A stretch of 64,000 nt of DNA, from contig CM052818.1 in assembly GCA_028534125.1 (NCBI GenBank), positions 38,814,001 to 38,878,000 on the forward strand. The letters are read 5' to 3'. Both the position numbers and the translations under genes were made by a program. Shown piece by piece: positions 58,951 to 64,000 of this stretch (position 1 is the stretch's first letter; every line of letters begins with the position of its first letter). The notes beneath the pieces were generated by a model. The model saw nothing but the letters and a program-made list of their open reading frames with translations, had not been told where the DNA came from and did not search any database. The stretch is from Lama glama. Lineage: Eukaryota.

Positions 58951-60899
58951 GGAGACTCAAGCTAGGCATTCTCAGTTTATACAAGAAAGAAAGGTGCTGC
59001 TCCAGACCCTGTCCACATACTTCCTGAGTTTTGCGTATGCTTGTAGGATGGTGATACTGTGCACGTTGAAGTGAGTTCATATGCTTGTGTGTGTGTGTGT
59101 GTCAGATGGTTGGGATGTATATCTGGGGACATAAGTGTTAGGAGGTAATTCTCCATAGATCTTATACCTCCCTCCTCCACCCTCCTATCTGCCACCTGGG
59201 CTTATGAGGGCCACTATGGGAGCACTGGATTTCCCTTGGAACGACTGTGGTGACCACAGTAAGAGGCTTGTGGAAGACCATCGGGTAGAACAAATAGCTG
59301 AACGCTTAGATGAGGCCCCTGCTTTGTGGAATAAAATCTTCTCCCCTTAGCCCCCACCCTTTTAAACTCACCTTCCGCAACGTTCCAAACCTCTACCAAC
59401 CACTGGCCCATCCCAGGCCAACTGAGTCAGACTCTGGGGCATGAGCCATTGCACTGGTCTCTAAAAAACTCCTCTGGGTGTTTCTTCTCTAGCAGCTACT
59501 CCTGAGAACATCCCCTCTAAGGGACCAGTTATCTTTTTCCAGCTAAGAAAACAGGATGGATCTCCATCAGTTAACTGTTGTATGGTGTGGTTACAAGAGC
59601 CTGAGTCCATCCCCACAGAATAGCATTTCGGTCCTCCTCCCATTTCCAATTATTTCGTTCCCATCTCTGGATCCAGTTAGCTTGGTAGAGAGGAAGGGGA
59701 GGTTGAGGGGAAAAGAAATAACACCTGAGTATTTACTGCTCTGAGCACAGCACAGGGTACTTTACCCTCAGTATCTTCTCTGCCTCCTCAAATAATGGCC
59801 CATGGTCAATGCTGTTGTCTCTATTTGAGAGGAGAAAGCTGAGGACCAGAGGAGCTTGGCAACTGGTCCAAGCTCACGCAGAGGCAGAGCCCAGCAAGGT
59901 TTGGGGGAAGAAGGGGTGGTAAGGAAGAACAAACAGGAAGTGAGAAGAGAAGGTATTGCCTATGTTACAGATATAAACTGCAGAAGCACCAGGACGGCTT
60001 TTCAGACGTGGATGAAGCACAGGGGATTGGCAGGAGGAGACTTAGTAAATGTTTTGAGAGGCAGGCTAGCTGGAGTCCCAAATCTTGCAACGGATTGAGC
60101 CAGAAGCCCTCCAGGCTCTAATTAATGACAATAGCACGTTTCTCCTCCTCTGCATCCTCTAGAGATCAAACTGCCCCTATTCCCATATCCACACCAGCCC
60201 TGAAATCTGTAGGTGGGTCCGTGGCAGCAGGTCAGCCCGACAGCCCAGCCACTGGGGAAGTCTCGCAGGCACACAATGGCCTCATTACCTCCTCCAGCTT
60301 CTCTGAGCCCCTCTCATTAACATTCAGGCAGCTCCTCACCATTCATGGAGGGCCACAGAGGAGTTGAGATCCGATCTAGCCTGGCTGAGCAGCATTAAAA
60401 TCAATTAAAAATGAGAGATAAGCCTCCTCTTTCCAATTGAAAAATCCACGGGAGCAAGAGAGAGACACACACAGTCCATCAATCACCCGAGACTCTGTTT
60501 TCCTTGGCTTTTTTTTCTTTCTTTCTTTCTTTCTTTTTTTCTTTTAACAGCTGCAGATGAGCTGGCTGAGTGGGAAGATCTTCTTGTGCTAAGTCCTGGT
60601 CGGCAGCTCCCAGGCCGGATCTCAGCTGCCAACAGGACAGGCCTGCTATCCTGGGGCATTGCCCACCTGGCCGGCCTGACCGTCAGCCTGGCAGTCTGAC
60701 TGCAAGTGGGGAGAGCAGAAGGCTCCAGGCAAAAGTCCAGGACCCTGTCCTCTGAGCTCCCCTTTCACTTCTGGCCACAGTTTAGCCCTCAGGGAAACCG
60801 CTTATTCCAGGCTTGGAACTGGGGTTCTCTTTTGTTTCTCTGTTGTCTCTCTTGGGAGAATTTTTACTGCTGTGATTATTCTTGTGAAGCTGATTTTCC

Positions 60900-61010
60900 A
60901 AGGAAACATGGTGTGTGTGTGAGAGAGATGTGCTGGGGCCTGCACCACCCAGAGCCTAGCACACTACACTAGTAGGTACTGAATAAGCATTTGTCAAATG
61001 AATGAAAAAA
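60900..61010 (+). mobile_element. L2 3' tail
   Basis: cccagagcctagcacactacactagtaggtactgaataagcatttgtcaaatgaatgaa. Confidence 0.75.
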
Positions 61011-62189
61011 TGAGGTTAAGATGCATCTGCCATTCATCAGCCATAACCAATTAAACAAACAGCATTTGGTGCTAGTTTGGGTAATTCTGATCTTAACCTT
61101 ATCAGTTTAAACTTTGTTCGTGTATTTAACTGGTAGCCAAGAGTTTAATGGGCCCCTGACACACTGAGAAAGTGTTCATATTGGCACACACCACCCCTGC
61201 ACACTGTCATGTCCAGGATGGCAAGCTTTCTGGAGCAGAGGGGCTTGACCTTAGTCTATAAGGATGAGTGGACTTGGTCAGGCAAGGCTGGAGGGGCAGA
61301 GCATAAAAGATCTTAATTGCCAGGGAAAGGAGTAGACTTGCTCAGTCTGTAGGCGCTTCTGCTTATACTTCAGATGGCCCACCCACACCCAGAAGACTAT
61401 GTTACACTGTCTCCTGGGTCAGGGCAACCCTGCAGAGCAGGTTGAATGGATGGCTCCAGTGTCTCTGGGGTTTTACTGATTGCTCCAACGTGGAGGCAAT
61501 GATGAGAATGGATTTAGAAAACAATTCTTCCAGCAATTTATGAAAGGATATTGACTCCAGTGCTTAATTGTTTCAAGTAATTGGAGCACTTTGCAATCCA
61601 TTCAGTTAGGAGTTTAACCCGTAATGTGAGCTGTTACAATTGCCTCGGTAATAATCCCTCTGGACCAAGGACGTTGCTGACCCACCCAAGAAACCATAGG
61701 CTGCATTTCTTTGTAGGGCAGGGGTTTTTCCTGCCTCTAATGGTGCAGGTGTGTGAGGAGCCAGCCTGGTAGGAAGACATTGTCTGTTAAAGGAGTTCAA
61801 GCTTTGATTATTTGCTGTTGTGCGGTTCGGAGAAAACTATCAACGGACTGAGGTGCTCAGACCTTGGGGCAGTGCAGGATGTTTCAAAAGCCAGGCCGCT
61901 GGTAAAAGAAAACGGCCCGAATCTCTGGCTCTGAGATCAGGGGCCCAGAGTGCTGGCTTCTTAAGCCAACTCACTTTGTGATTTTGGAGCCCAGAGGACT
62001 TTGTTCACTTATTCATTCGACAAATATTTACTGAGTGCTTTCTTTCAAGGCCTTTGGAAGGGTTGGTCTTAAAAATATTTAACAAATAGAATAGTACGGG
62101 CAACAAGCAATCAGAATGAGAAACTGGCCAATCAGAATGGACACTGCCTGTCAAGGACCAACACATTCGGATTAGTACAGGTGAGATCT

Positions 62190-62620
62190 CAGCCCCGAAG
62201 CAGGAAGCACAGCATTCTAGTGGTCAGGGCGGAAGGGGTCAGGGAGCTCCCCAGGTGAGATGCTTCTAACCTGACTCCTACAGGACCAGAGGAAGAAAGG
62301 AAGGAAGCAGGCATTTCAGGCACAAGAGGGGTGCAGAGTGGACACCACATAGACAAAGTCCCCATAAGCAAGAGAGTCCCTGAAACTTCAGGAATCTTCC
62401 AGTAGCTGAGTGAGGCTGCTGAAAAGTCATGATGCCGAGAGGAACCAGACCACAAAGAACCTTGCATGATTTAATAAGATTTGGAATTTAATTCCTTGAG
62501 TTGATTTAGAACAGCTAAAGGACTTTTAATCAGGGGGAAATGGGACCAAATTATCTTTCTAGTGTTTTTAGAAAGATCACTGTCTATATTCTAATTAATA
62601 GGAGAGTGTAAGGGGCCAGA
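62190..62620 (-). mobile_element. L2 fragment
   Basis: gcatttcaggcacaagagggg...taagatttggaatttaattcc...gttttttagaaagatcactgtc. Confidence 0.6.
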
Positions 62621-62943
62621 GGGAAGGTGACCAGAAACTCCCCCAGTGAAAGATGACAAGCCAGCATTTAGAAAAAGTTTGCTCTTTGGTGCACCTTTAG
62701 TGTATGGGGGTATGGATCCTCCTAATGTTTGCCCCACACAGGACCTTTTTAGCCTGCAAACAAGAAGTGATGCTTCGGTGCATGTTACAGCCCAGGCAAG
62801 TGGTTCAGGGCACCATCTGTGCCTAAAGTATGTGTTTCCAACATAACTACACTACCCCACGGCATCTTGTTCATGACTCAGCTGCCAATGAAAGGGGAGC
62901 CTAAAGAGGACCCCAGGAATTAAGGGGCCTCCTTGTCCTAGAT

Positions 62944-63272
62944 CAGCTGTTCTCAAACGTTTTGGTCTCTGGATCCCTATTTTATAGTCTTAAAAGTTAT
63001 TGACGACCCTTAAGAGTTTCTGTTTAGGTGGCTTATAGCTATCAATATTCACCATATTAAAAATTAAAGCTGAGAAATTTTTAAATTATGTATTACTTTA
63101 TTTAAAACTAACAATAATAAACTACTATGTGTTATATTTTTATGAAAAAAATCTGTATTTTCTAAAACAAAAATAATTAGTGAGAAAGGCGGCATTGTTT
63201 TATAGTTCTTCAAATCCCTTTAATGTCTGGCTCCATAAAGACGGCTAGATGATCGTATCCAATTCTGCCCTT
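62944..63272. mobile_element. hAT-Charlie DNA transposon fragment (MER119/Charlie-like)
   Basis: cagctgttctcaaacgttttggtctctggatccc...ttaaaagttattgacgaccc...ttagtgagaaaggcggcattgtttta...caaatccctttaatgtctggct, preceded by the target-like cctaga. Confidence 0.8.
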
Positions 63273-64000
63273 TGGAAGGAACCAAGCCAACCTGCTAGTC
63301 CCTGTTTCCTGCAGGGGTGTCGTCTGCTCCCCTAGACTGTGAGTTTGGCTAGGATGGGGCCACACCCAGAGGTTGGGGGTGGGGGGACCCATGTCCTCAA
63401 GACTGCTGAGCAGGCACGTCCTGGACAGCATGTCAGGCTCACACAGCCCCCCGGGTGTATTAAGTGCATTTCCCTGGATTTCTCAGACCAATTCAATCCC
63501 CAGACCATCCCTGGTTGTATGGCCTAGAATTCCTCCTAGATACCTCTCTTTCGTTCACCGCCACACCGTGGCCATTTCATCACCAAGTACCTTCAATTCA
63601 GCCTCATCAGCATCTCTCAATCCATCCATCCTTCCCTGTTCATCACTACCACTGACACCCATCCCCGTCCTGAGTTCCTGCCACAGCCCCATCTACACTA
63701 AAAATCTCCCAAGCAGGCTCCACAGGAACTAGAAGACCACAAGGTAGATATTCAAATAATGGCTTTTGAATTAATGAAAGAGGGCTTGACTAGTTCAAAC
63801 TATCCAGTTCAAAGAGTAAGAAAGAGAGGATGGGTTCAGTGAGCCTCCCCACCCCGCTTAGCACTTCCAGCAAATTCTCGGGGATGATTAAGTCCAAATT
63901 TTGCCTTGCCCCAGTAGTCCCAAAAGATGGGTACCTGTGTCCTTCTCAGAGGGGTCAGAAAACAGTCTGGCCATAGCCCAGCCTGCAGTCAGCTGAGGCC

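Overview
Mammalian genomic DNA, most likely a camelid, judged from a Vic-1-type tRNA-derived SINE at about 29631-29721 and a cetartiodactyl-type L1 3' end. The window holds the last three coding exons of HS1BP3 on the + strand (8067-8212, 9631-9766, 14478-14748), with GT-AG introns and consistent phases. The PX-domain exons lie upstream of the window. The 3' UTR follows, then a 500-N assembly gap (16708-17207). The remaining ~47 kb is non-coding and rich in L1, L2, MIR, MaLR/ERV LTRs, hAT MITEs and microsatellites, with several unique motif-dense patches that look like enhancers. I found no second intact gene, no RNA gene and no CRISPR or prokaryote-like system, and I cannot support a new multi-gene system. 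The best leads are FAM21-like LF-acidic motifs plus a possible PDZ ligand in the HS1BP3 tail, a decayed retrocopy-like fragment of unidentified origin, a CTCF motif inside a nested LTR, an intronic Sox-Oct element, and a non-canonical poly(A) signal. Repeat subfamily names and human comparisons are from memory, and repeat boundaries are approximate.
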